This document shows, in pieces, positions 51,430-63,435 of a DNA stretch of 64,000 nt. The stretch is from Tubiluchus corallicola. Lineage: Eukaryota; Animalia; Priapulida. The DNA is taken from the NCBI GenBank assembly GCA_030141605.1, contig JAQGDQ010000570.1, positions 62,001 to 126,000 on the forward strand. Direction: 5' to 3'. The notes under the pieces are model-generated. The model saw only the letters and a program-made list of their open reading frames with translations, was not told where the DNA came from and did not search any database. The position numbers were made by a program, and so were the translations under genes. Position 1 is the stretch's first letter; each line of letters opens with the position of its first letter.

Positions 51430-51703
51430 GACCAGACGGTTTAGTCTAGTGGTAATGCGTCTGCTTTCCGTCTGGGAGGTCGTGAGTTCGAACCACTCGT
51501 GACTTTAAAAATGGTACCTGCTTAGCCCTGCCTGATGCGTGGTATTTAGGGTAAAAGTGGGGTTATAATAATCTGTGTTATGTAGTTGTAGGTTGTTATC
51601 TACAGTCGGCGATAATAGCTCTTTGAGCTAATGTTAATTGTTCACCCAAAAGCCGACTTTAAATAAATATTATTATTATTATTGTTATATTATTATTATT
51701 ATT
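51430..51703 (+). mobile_element. tRNA-derived SINE
   Basis: Pol III A-box TAGTCTAGTGG (51442-51452), B-box GTTCGAACC (51486-51494), central gactttaaaaatggtacctgct core, (TTA)n tail. Confidence 0.8.
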
Positions 51704-54700
51704 AATGTCTGCTGCCAGTCTATTATCAAACAATCAGAATCATTAACTACAATTAAAAAGAAATTAAAACAATACCAACTAAGTAGATTTCAAATACCAA
51801 CTCATGTAAATGACGTTAACTTCTTTATTCAAATTTTGTATATCCACGTCCCCAATAACCGAAAGTGAATAATTATAATTTCGCAATTCATAATTAGTAA
51901 ATTAAACGGCAATCAGTACAAGTAATATTTGTTGTACTGTGATAATGGAAGAAAATTTTGTCTTGCATTTATTACGTATATTACTTTTTGTATTATAGCT
52001 ATACATCAAGGGGAAATATTGTAATCGCCTTTACTAATCGTACGGTGCCTATGTATCTATGTATTGTATCTATGTATTGTATCTATGTATGTAATTGCTT
52101 TTAGTTTTAATTGTTATGCGCTGAGTAATTTACATTTATAGTTTTGCTCCATATGCATTTGCCTTTATCAGTGTTTTAGTGTTAAAAATATTTTTAACAC
52201 TGAGGACTGTGACTTTATTCTAATCTATTTTATAGCCAATAAAGTATATACAAGGTTCCCATAGAATTTTAAAATAATTTTCCCTGCCTTTCCATGACTT
52301 TTCCCTGACCAAATATTGATTTTCCATGACCAAGATAAGCAGAAATTGCATTATCAGTATACATATTCAAACATTTCTGTGTATGGACATTCATACATAT
52401 ACTGATATATAATGTGTCGACACAGTTGCAGTAGTGCTAAAGAAATTACACTAATCACATTAAATAAACTTTCTTAATCCAATCATTATTTTTGAAACAG
52501 AAATCGAAACTAGGAGCCTGCCATAGCAAAATTTCATTTGAACACGAATTGCTGAAAAATATGTTTGGAAAATATCAATTCCCGGTGATTTTTGCAACAA
52601 TTTCCAACTTCCCCGATTTTTTACCACGCTTTCATCATTTTTCCTGATTTTTTATCAAATCATCATTTCCATGACTTTTTATCAAATTATCCTTTTCCAT
52701 TGTTTTATGTATTAAATAGTTTTGATTTCTTCTTACAGATTTATCAAAAATAAACAAAAATGAACCAAACAAACATCACATTGGGCAATTGTTAATATAA
52801 TTGTTATTCTGTAAAAACGATTATAATTTGACTTTAAGACAGAACATTTTGCTTAACAAAATTGTTGCGTCAGTTACTTAATGAATATTAACAAAGTGAT
52901 ATATAAATAATTAATACAATAATAAATGTATTAGGGCAAGGTACCCTTCGCAAAACGGTAAATATTACATTTTACACAATTGCAATCTTAAGTTAGTTCA
53001 TCTGTACAATATTTAATATAAATTATTTTGATAATGACTTTCCAGTATAGGCTGTATAGCTTCTATTTTCAAGAACTTTCCCTGAATGTGGGTATATATA
53101 TATATATGTATGTACAATTATTCTTTTATGATAACGATAGTGTATGAAACATAAGAATTTAATACAGTAGATGTAATAATTTTGATGTCACTGTGTGCTT
53201 AATAATCATTCATTATATTGTACTGAATGTGATAATAATAAAAAATAAATAAAAAATAAATGTATATATGTGCTGACTGATTGTTTAATTAAGAGAGGCA
53301 TGAGTTAGCAAAGTAATTCGCTGGTTGGTTGATTTAAGCGGTTTTTACCTGATAATCAAAATGCGTTATTGGGTAAAAATCGCTTGGTATTGTTTTCAAC
53401 GAACCTGTTAGCAGACCTACGTCTCCTGTCGCGAAGTTCGTCTCATAATTACTTTGCGTTTGATTAACTTGACTTGTGAATATTACATTGTTTGTCTTCT
53501 TGCTCATCTCTTTTTCATAATTTTTTTCATCTCATTCCCTCCTTTTTAGGCTTGTTATAACATTGAAATAGCTTAAATTTCCCTCTAATCTTACTGTACT
53601 TATTTGCTTCTGAATGACCTTTTACATTAATAATGTTCTAGTTTTCTGTGTTTAAGCTGTGTAAGACAGGTCTACCTTGAACATTTAGACCTGTGGGCTA
53701 GCTAGGCTAATTGTTCCGCTGTGTTTTAGTATAGTGGTATTTTAGTATTGATAATAATTACGTTGTCTGACTCTGTGATTGTACCTGCTAGTATAGTTAT
53801 TATAATATAATTCCTCGTGACTTATTAAAGATTGTGTTGTTTGATTCTTTGATTGTAAAAGCTAACAGGCTTAATAATTATGAGCAAACTTAATTCGGTA
53901 ACAGCTCTCCCCCCTATTTCCTTGCCCACAGCTTCTTCTTCTGCAGCTATCCCCATTAGTTTTTTTTTGTACGCAGCTGGATACATAGTAACGCAATCCG
54001 GATGCCAGGTAAACACGGCTTAAATGACATTAGGAACAGCAATATAATATGAATTCTCACCTAATGTACGCTCACTAGCTGTATGCCATTCAATTCACTT
54101 AGAATTTATTCGTCACGGTTGAGTAACTCGCTAGTCGCAAAGCTGATTAACTGACATTGTTTGCACATTAAATGATTCCCCGATTAACTGACTGACCGTC
54201 ACGGCTGGTTATATAACATGTAACATAGATGAGTACTTGGCGAGCTGTTGACTGACTGACTGACTGACCCACTCACTGAGACTTTTTAATTAACTGACTG
54301 CCAAATTGAATTATTAATTCTATGACTAACTCACTAACTAACCAAGCATCAATTGTCATAAGAATCTTAAAAGGATTTTGCACAGCAAAATCAAGCAGCG
54401 AAAATGATTCTAGACCAGTGGACACCAAAATTAGACATTAAATAGATAGGCCCGTGATCATTTTTCGTCAGTCAACATTTCCGGAAGTTACGTGACGTCA
54501 TGAGATTGAACTGTGATTCCCAGAAGTTGCGTGATGCGATTGAAGTGCATCTAGGGTTAACGTTTATAGGACAATCATCGGAAAATACGCTAATTCGAAC
54601 CTTCATACCGTACAAAACCAGACTATACGGTAGTCGGTAATTTTACAATAATTTAGATACGAAATAAAATCCAACCTGGTAACTCTTAGGAAGTGTTCAT

Positions 54701-54864
54701 GATTGATAAATCTTTAGAGCTGATGTCAACATAGCGCAATCTATTATCTTTCTTCCTACCATTTCCACTAACACATGCTTCTACCCTTCCTGTGTGATCT
54801 AACCTTTCTCCCAGTTCTTTTTTTGTTCACTCATCCATCATTTTTTATCGGGTTCACATGACAG

Positions 54865-55140
54865 TGGGCTTATACAAGCCTTTGCTTCTCTAGCCCACTG
54901 CAGTACAATTATTCTTTTATGATAACGATAGTGTACGAAACATAATAATTTAATACAGTATGATGTAATAATTATGATGTCACTGTGTCTGTTGCTTCTC
55001 TAGCCCACTGCAGTACAATTATTCTTTTATGATAACGTTAGTGTACGAAACATAATAACTTAATACAGTAGATGTAATAATTTTGATGTCACTGTGTGCT
55101 TAATGTCATTATATTGTACTGAATGTGATAATAATAAACT
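54865..55140 (+). repeat. LINE 3'-UTR-like repeat with an internal ~110-bp tandem duplication; another copy at ~53112-53255
   Basis: gtacaattattcttttatgataacg.tagtgta.gaaacataa occurs three times. Ends in aataaa / A-rich sequence. Confidence 0.65.
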
Positions 55141-55982
55141 AAAAAAAGTAAATGAACGTTGATTTCACTGTAGTCTGAAGCATGCTGGTCATAGTTCCAT
55201 GAAGAAGGTGAGTAATTTTGAAAAAACAATCCTCAAGATGACGAAAATAAGGCTTGAGTCTACACAACGACCATTTGTTGTGTTTTGATAAATTTTATTT
55301 TACACAATTCCACCTTCTGTCATTATAGTTACTTATATTAAGTACATCTATAAAATAATATTAATTTGCTTGCAATATCGTAATAATTTTGGAATTAGGG
55401 CAAAATCACGATGTAGTGTAGAAAATACGATCATATTTAAACCCCCCCCCCCTCAATACGATAATCAGCATTTTGCAAAACCTGCATTATTGACTGCATC
55501 ATACAATATGATACTACAGTAGTTGTTCTTTCTGAACAGTAGCCCCACACGTTCTGTACGTATATATTAAAAAAAATATATATATACAGTATATTTATAT
55601 TCTGTACGTTCCGTACGCTATGCGTACAGCCTTTAAAAAAGAAGATTCACTAACGAGATACAAACAAAAATAATGCCCGAGTTTACCAGTTTTATGTATT
55701 TGTTATATTTTATGAAGAAAATAAAAGATTTAGTTTACACAATTATCGATAACTCAAATGTATACTTGAACATTGTGAAAAATGGATCCACACAACAAAT
55801 CTTACGAAATAAAGGTCACTACAATACGATGACAATTGCCGCTCAAACGTCTGTGGTAAAGTAACTTTAATTTTACTTTTAAAAGTAAATCTAGAGACTC
55901 CAGTGTTAAGAGTCAGTTAATAAATATCTATTAGTTTACATTAGCAACCCCTTGGCCTTGTGATGCCCCTGCCTTCCAGCAC

Positions 55983-56165
55983 ACGTCATACAAACATTTC
56001 GAACATGACGTCATACACATTTTAAGTATGACGACATACAAATTTCGAACATGACGTCATACACATTTTGAACATGACGACATACAAGCTTCGAACATGA
56101 CGACATACAAATTTCAAACATGACGTCATACAAACCTCAAACATGACGCCGTACAAATTTCAAAT
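55983..56165. repeat. 23-bp minisatellite, ~8 copies, carrying TGACGTCA
   Basis: Unit CATGACGTCATACAAATTTCGAA. Perfect TGACGTCA at 56006, 56052 and 56121 (spacings of 46 and 69). Confidence 0.9.
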
Positions 56166-56457
56166 GTGATCTCAAACAAAAAATTTCCTGCATGACATCA
56201 AATTTGAAAACAAACTCTTAGCGGCATGCACATAATAACATATTATATAACTTAAAATAGCTCTCATAAAAACTAATCAAATTCTTTCTAAAATTCTAAA
56301 TTGCCATAGGTAGGTTACATACAACTGAGCTATATGAGGTAAATTATAAATCTATAAAAACTAATCAACATTAACATGAATATGAAAATTTAAAACTTAA
56401 ATCAGTGAGGCTAGTAAAGCTGATTAATATAACTACATACATCAAACTAGCTTGCCT

Positions 56458-56755
56458 ATAACTGTAAAAAAAGTCAAAATTCCCATTAAGTCTCAAAAAA
56501 AATTCATTATTTTTCTGAGAAACTTTTCTCCCTCAAGGAGTTCATCAGCAGAAATTCACTTGATACAGCCGAGATCTTCAATAATCTTACAAATGCCTTC
56601 ATACAAATAGATCTCTTTCAAGATACAGATAAGACCTTTGAAGATCTTGGCTATATCAAGTTGATTTCTGCTGATGAAGTCCATGAGGGTGAAAAGCTTC
56701 AAAGAAAAATAATTTTTTTTAAGACTTAATGGGAATTTTGACTTTTTTAGGTTAT
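56458..56755. repeat. ~300-bp foldback (long inverted repeat)
   Basis: Left arm 56458-56589 (aaaaaagtcaaaattcccattaagtct...ttcatcagcagaaat...gccgagatcttca) pairs with right arm 56631-56755 (tgaagatcttggc...atttctgctgatgaa...agacttaatgggaattttgactttttt). Confidence 0.9.
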
Positions 56756-56797
56756 GACCATGGCAGCACCTAGCTTACTAAAATGCCTAGAAAAATT

Positions 56798-59700
56798 TTA
56801 CATGGAATTAAAAAGAGCCAGAAAAACTAAAATCAATGAAAAAAGAGAGATGCTGATTGTTCCTGCCCCGTTACAGAGATTGCCCTTGCACATGCACACG
56901 AAGGATTTTGTGCCACTATTCTCTTGTTCTTCACAAGTATCTTCTTGGATTGGAACATTCTTAAAACAGCCACGTGCAACCCATTCAATATCGTCTAAAA
57001 ACAAAGAAAGAGAAGACGTGAGTATGAGCCTAAAATAATTATTCAATACTCAAAATTACTCAAGAATTACTCACTACTTAAGCCAGAGACTAAGGAAGAT
57101 GTTAGGAAATGTGGTATGGGAACTGAACTGAAGTGAGGTGAGGTGAGGTAAGGTGAATTGAGGTAAGGTGAGGTGAAAAGAACTAAGGTGATATAGGAGA
57201 TGAAGTGAAGTGAGGTGAGGTGATGTAAGGTGAGGTGAAGTGAGGTAAGGTGACATAGGAACTAAAGTGAAGTGAGGAGAGATGATGTAAGGTGATAAAA
57301 GTGCTGAATCAAAGTGAGAAATATTAACCAAGTGAAGTGAGGTGAGGTGGCTGGAGAGACGATATGAAGTGACATGCGAGCAGGTTGATGTGAGGTTAGG
57401 TACAACAAGAAGTATGGAGATACGACGTGAGGCTATTAGAAGAGAGATGATATGAGGTGAAGTGACGTATGGTGAGAACAAGCAAGGTGATGTGAAGTGA
57501 GGCATGGTGAGAACAAGCAGGGTGATGTGAAGTGAGGCATGGTGAGAACAAGCAAGGTGATGTGAAGTGAGGTACGGTGAGAACAAGCAAGGTGATGTGA
57601 AGTGAGGCATGGTGAGAACAAGCAAGGTGATGTGAAGTGAGGCGTGGTGAGAACAAGCAAGGTGATGTGAAGTGAGGCATGGTGAGAACAAGCAAGGTGA
57701 TGTGAAGTGAAGCATGGTGAGAACAAGCAAGGTGATGTGAAGTGAGGCATGGTGAGAACAAGCAAGGTGATGTGAAGTGAGGTATGGTGAGAACAAGAAA
57801 GGTGATGTGAAGTGAGGCGTGGTGAGGCGAGAGGAGTTGCTGAAGTGTTAGATAAAGAGAAGTGAAGTGAGGTCATGTAAAGTAATGTTAGGTGTCACAT
57901 GTGAAATATTAGGTGAGGCAACGCAAGGTTGGCAACATGAGATATAGGATAAGGTATATCATAAGGTATGTGAGTATTTTTTCAGCTAATATGTGAACAA
58001 ACTTATGCGAAAAATGTATCACTTTTTTCTAATCCTCGTGTGTGTACAAATTACTATCAAAGGCACGTTCAGACTAGTGGGTTATGACACCAAGTTAGCT
58101 CGCTGCGAGGCTGACATTCACTTCTCTGGTCACTGCAAGAACTGTCGAGAGAAACTCACCAAGGTATTCAGTTCACATTTGCAAGTCTGCTGTCAAAAAG
58201 AAAACAGATATTCTCTAGCTTGAACGCGCCTTAATAAAGGCCTTCGCAGAACACATCTATCAAGTCCAGTAATGATCTACTAACCTCTGAGGATCTTCAT
58301 TTTGTGACAGGCCCCGTTGCAGTCTGTTCGATATCTGTTGCCCTTGAGTCCCATAACATCTTCACCGTCATCGCTGTCTGCACACATATCACTTTTTGGC
58401 AATGAGTTTATATCAAGGTCCGCTTCTAGAGCCTCTGCAGTGGAAAACAGCAGCTTGTAACATTTATCATAAAAAACATACTTCTGTTTAATTTATGCAA
58501 ACAACTACTACAAAATGATGATTATGACGGTGATAGTGATGATGGTAACAAGAATAATGATGATGCTTATGATCATGGTGATGACCACAAATATAGTAAT
58601 CATGATGATGATGATGACTATGACAACAGTGATGACAATGACAGATTATTGCAACGCTGTTGACAATAATAATGGTGATAATGCCGATAATGATGAGAAT
58701 TATAACAGCGATGTCAGTTAGACGCCAAAGATTTTAGTGAATGGTCAAGAACTTATCTCTGTTGACAACTTCACATACCTAGGGACCACCCTTACCACAG
58801 CTGCCAACATCGGTACAGAAATCAACAACAGAATTGCCAAGGCTAGCGCTTCATTTGGAAGACTTCGCTCCAACGTATGGGACAGGAGAGGCATTAGAAC
58901 CCCCACAAAATTGAAGGTGTATAGAGCTGTCGTCATCACCACTCTCCTCTGAATCCTGGACATTATATAGGAGACACGTAAAACAGCTTAACCACTCTCA
59001 CATGGGCTGTCTGAGGAAAATCTTGTACATCAAGTGGCAGGACAAGGTGCCAGACACAGAGGTACTTAAAAGAGCTGACCTCCCCAGCATCCATACACTC
59101 CTCCTCAAAACACAAGTTTGGGGGGCAGGACATGTGATTCGCATGCCAGACAACCGCATACCAAAGAAGATGCTCTATGGAGAACTTGAGTCTGGAAAGA
59201 GAAAGGTTGGACGACCAAAGAAATGCTTCAAAGACAGCCAGAAGGCCTCACTCAAGGAGCTCAGCATGGATATCTGCTCAATGGAAACCCTTGCACAAGA
59301 TCGCTCAGCATGATGGAGTGCCATCACCACAGGGGCTAAGACAGCAGAGGCGAAAAGAATTGAGGAGGCAGAGGAGAAGCTCAGGAGATGCAAGGCATGT
59401 GACACTGCCCAACAACAGGTCCAAATACCCAGCCTCACCTGTGCCAAATGCCAAAGAAGTTTCCAGGCCAGAATTGGCCTAGTCAGTCACCTTCGAGCTC
59501 ATCAAAGGAATGACAACCCCCCAAACTGACCTTTTATCCCTGTTACTATGGTCGTCTTTGATTCGAAGGACGAACATCATCATGTTATGCACCATACAAT
59601 ACTAAGTGTAATTAACGGGCTCCACTCTGGGGACCTCTTTATTTTGATTGAATGATTGAATATCTTTATTGACATAAACATATGATAATAACAATGTAAT

Positions 59701-62700
59701 AATTCATGTGTTAATTAATACTGTAAAATGTTATTAAAGCTGTTTCCAGCCCACTTGGGCTTACAAGTCAATTTCATGAAAATTTATCACATAATAACTG
59801 TGCAGTTCATTTACATAGAATATCAAATAAAAGAAAATATATAATATGGAATTTTAACATATACCTGAATGGACAAGTCATGTATTAAATATATATCTTG
59901 CTTTGCCTCATTCTAAAAATCTTATAAGCATATTTTGCAGTCCTAAGGACATTCTCTTCTGACATAATATATTTCCATTTATTATAATGTAAGTATAGAG
60001 CAACTTGTGCACAGCTTGTCCACCATATTTCAAAATAACATAATATCAATCAATGTGCTCAATTTAGAGACCGAGTCTTTAATTTTTCTTCTTTTAAACG
60101 GCAGTCCTTTGTTAAACTATGACCACAGTATTGCACTTTTTGAAGTAGTTCAGAAGTTCACCAAGAATACTGGTAGATTAAAAGTAAGGAAAGTAAGACT
60201 TGTATCTCTTGATCATGCAGCCACATTTTATTATGGATTGCATCTAGCAGAATCTTTTAACCCTTTCATACACGTTGTATCCCATGGGATACGAGAATAT
60301 TTTCTGCCTTTAAAATTAATAAAATTTTAAAACTGACAGTTTTTTGATCTGTTAATAGTTATTTTGATTTAAGCCAATAACAATAGACTCAAAAATGGTG
60401 ATAAAATGGCAAACTAGAAAATCTACATAGTACAAAAAACTGCGCAAGGTACAGTACTTTAGAGACGACTTTGTACAGATCAGCATAGCGTGCATACTAA
60501 ATGTGTTAAATACTTTGAAAAATTATCAGCAGTTGCAAAATGAAGCACATTTTTTGCTTTTGTTGCGTTTTTAAAAAAGTCGGACTTTTTGCACATGACA
60601 AAGAATGTTGTGTATGTAGGTAGGTAGAATGAAAGTAGAAAAAAATAATTATTATGTGTAAACAAGATGGAGATACTGAACAAAAGTACCAAGCCAAAAA
60701 ATTTTTCTTATTAAAAAAACGATTTGGGACTGAAAGGGTTAAAATTTATTTTCTATTTTACCTGAGGTCTTTACATCAGCTTTGCTGTTAACCAAAGGCC
60801 ACATTATATGTGAAAATAATAAATAAAAATATGTTTTAAAACAATTAACAGGCGGTATGAATTTGTGTAATAAAATAAATAAATTTACTTACCAAACATA
60901 GTAGTAAGAAGCTCAGAGACCTTGTCGCCAGCTGGCGAGTTGGTATATTGACAGTTATAGCACTTCTTTGCCACAGCTAAAATAACAATTTATCGTTGAT
61001 AAATAGAGTGCAAAAAATTACATTATAAAAACTGACGAATAAGAATAATGAAACAGGAGCATTCAAACATTTTTTACGTAAGATAAAAGTGGTGAAATAT
61101 TCAACATTTTAATGGTTAGTGGTTTCATTGGTTGTGGTAATGCTGCTGCTGCTGTTGATAATGCTGCTGCTATGGTTACTATACTGCTGCTGCTATTATT
61201 ATTGCACTGTAGCTGCTGCTGCTACTACTGCTATTGTTACTGTGCTGCTGCTGCTGCTGCTGTTGCTACTTTTACCACTACTGCTATTGTTATTACACTA
61301 CCACTGCTGTGCTGCTCCTGCTGCTGCTGCTATTGTTATTGCAGTAATGATGCTACTGCTACTGTTATAGCAGTAATGATGCTACTGCTACTGTTATAGC
61401 AGTAATGATGCTACTGCTATTGTTATTGCACTGCAGCTGCTGCTGCTACTACTACTATTATTATTAGTGTCATTGCACTAGTGATGCTACTGCTATTGTT
61501 ATTGCACTAATGATGCTATTGCTAATATTATTGCGCTAATAAAGCTATTGCTATTGTTATTGCACTGATAACACTACTGCTATTGTTATTGCACTAATGA
61601 TGCTACTGCTATTGTTATTGCACGACTGCTGCTGCTGTTGCTACAGCTGTTGTCATCGCACTAATGCTGTTACTATGTCTACAGCCATTGTTACTGCTCT
61701 ACTACTGCTGCTGCTACAGTTATTGTGATTGCACTGTTGGTACTGCTGTATTGTTATTGCTATATTGGTCCCTTTGTCATTAGCATAATCGCTCGCGAAG
61801 GAGACCAAGCGAGACGCAAATTTTCTAACAACGCCCTTCGCCTAACCTTGCTTCAAGTAATCTTGCTTGAGCTGGGAACCTATATTAACTTATCAGATGC
61901 TATGATCTTAGCAACAGGTGATATTTACCAACAGGATAAGTACGCCACAGTATACGGTGCCAAATTGTGATTGGGAGCCAGATTTTAGGGGCTAGTGTTA
62001 AAAAACTCTTATTCTCCTCGGAAAATGCCTTTCATATTCAAATAAAGTGTGTATTTTGTAAAATACCACAAGCAATTACTGTGTACACTTTCTATATAAA
62101 GGGCACATGACAAAACAGTACAATTATTTCATAAAAGGTAGTACAAAACAAGCAGTTGTGCAGCCTACTTGGATAAAATAGGTATGCAAATGAAATTAAC
62201 CATAATCAGTCAAGGGGCGTCGTAATGTCTTGATACGTGCTTGCTTAAGAAATACGTTCTACAGCCGGTCCTTACACTGTGTAGCTTACATCATGCCAAA
62301 AAATAATAATCATTTTGATGAATAACACATGTTAAAAAAAACTTTACGTATTGCAAATAATCAGTGCAGCCATGCCGCGCAAGAAAGCGTCAATGCTACA
62401 AGCCGACGCCTCTTTAATCTCACAACAGAAAGTTAAATATACAGCAGCGAAGTTCTATTTATTAAAATCAGTGTTATAAAATCATACATAAAGTCCATTA
62501 CTACTGTAAACCCGTAGAATCATAACTTTAGTTGCGGCGTGTTCAAGCTAACAAGACTTTTTGTCAAATTAACTCGAAAAGTAAGATTAGATTGGATTGT
62601 TATTTTATTTTGACAGCCAGTAACTCGCGTGTTCAGATTAGAGAGAATAACCTGTTGCAAGTTACTCTCCGACAGTAAGCAGGAGCTGACACTCAATTCT

Positions 62701-63435
62701 CGCTACAGAGCAAAACTTGCTGTGAGTTACTCTCCAACAGTAAGCGCGAGCTGACACTCAATTCTCTATTCACTGAGAAAAGTGTCGAGAGTAACTCGCT
62801 GTGGCGTTCACACTAGGCAGTAAATGTAAATCAACTCGCAGCAGTTGTGGGAGAGTTTGCAATAACTTACCGACAGTAACTCACAAAGCAGTTCAATTTG
62901 CAAGTTAGCTGTCAGAGAGAAAACTCGCTAGTTAGAATGCGGCGTTCAGTGGCATTTGCATAGATGCGGATGAGTTTTGGGGGTACGGAGCAAACAAAAT
63001 CGGTTTATATTGTTTTCAATGCACCCGTCTATGCAGCCTGCGTATGCGTTATTCTTTTTCTGCAACTATTTCCTATTGATTTTTTCCCGCAAACCGTTCT
63101 GTATTAGAAAACGCGCCCGCAACCGCATGCTATACATAAACGCCACTTCAGAAATTCAATCTGATAGAATCTAGAAAACACAATTTTGCAGAAATTCGAC
63201 ATTTCGTCAGACAGTGAACAAAAATAATTCCTTCAAGTATGACAACTTAATAAAGTTCATCGATTTATATGCAAATACGTTGTTAATCTGACAGCTCGTG
63301 TCAATCAATCTCTTCTCAACACTCGATATGAGATTCGTTTTCTCTTACGCAAAATGTTTGACATAAATCGATAACTATAAACTTACCAACTGTGAACAGC
63401 ACGCTCAGGAGTAATCCCGCTACCTGCAGCTTCAT
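56798..63435 (-). CDS. GPI-anchored Ly6/uPAR three-finger protein (quiver/sleepless-like), 159 aa; exons 63435-63387, 60976-60893, 58434-58285, 56994-56798
   Basis: All three introns are phase 1, GT-AG. Protein MKLQVAGLLLSVLFTVAVAKKCYNC...MCAD...DCNGACHKMKI...VARGC...DTC...VCMCKGNLCNGA plus a hydrophobic tail: signal peptide, 10 Cys, CN motif and GPI signal. 49+84+150+197 = 480 nt. Confidence 0.9.
57110..57880. repeat. (GTGAG/GTGAA)n purine-rich tract containing a 35-bp minisatellite (~10 copies, 57471-57825)
   Basis: Unit GGTGAGAACAAGCAAGGTGATGTGAAGTGAGGCAT. Lies in Ly6-gene intron 3 and explains three spurious ORFs. Confidence 0.93.
58061..58231. mobile_element. Short PIF/Harbinger-like MITE
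   Basis: Ends aggcacgttcagactag...ctagcttgaacgcgcct are inverted. A related end (ggcgtgttcaagcta) starts a longer degenerate element at ~62535-62930. Confidence 0.5.
58721..59583 (+). mobile_element. RTE-clade LINE 3' fragment with C-terminal C2H2 zinc finger, antisense within Ly6-gene intron 2
   Basis: VDNFTYLG...EINNRIAKASASFGRL...LKVYRAVVITTLL; CLRKILYIKWQDKVPDTEVL...GHVIRMPDNRIPKKMLYGEL; C..C.RSF..RIGLVSHLRAH. Stops and frameshifts present. (CAT)n tail. Confidence 0.92.
60005..60185 (+). mobile_element. LINE ORF2 extreme C-terminal remnant
   Basis: LIFLLLNGSPLLNYDHSIALFEVVQKFTKNTGRL resembles the LLxG...IF..V..FI..T.RF end of L2/Crack-type LINEs. Confidence 0.45.
60261..60738 (+). mobile_element. 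piggyBac-like MITE, longer copy
   Basis: TTAA|CCCTTTCA...TGAAAGGG|TTAA (TTAA at 60257-60260 and 60739-60742). Confidence 0.88.
61112..61765. repeat. Compound trinucleotide low-complexity repeat (TGC/TAC/ATT) with ~30-bp higher-order units
   Basis: Directly visible. Lies in Ly6-gene intron 1. Confidence 0.9.
62948..63147. mobile_element. Degenerate Harbinger-like MITE
   Basis: agtggcatttgcatagatgcgg...ccgcatgctatacataaacgccact form imperfect TIRs. Confidence 0.4.

Noticed and set aside
51430-51500. tRNA gene
   Set aside because: Has A/B boxes but no complete cloverleaf, continues into a SINE body and tail, and has a diverged second copy at 45 kb.
57074-57876. His/Ser-rich repeat protein ORFs
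   Set aside because: The 35-bp minisatellite inside Ly6-gene intron 3.
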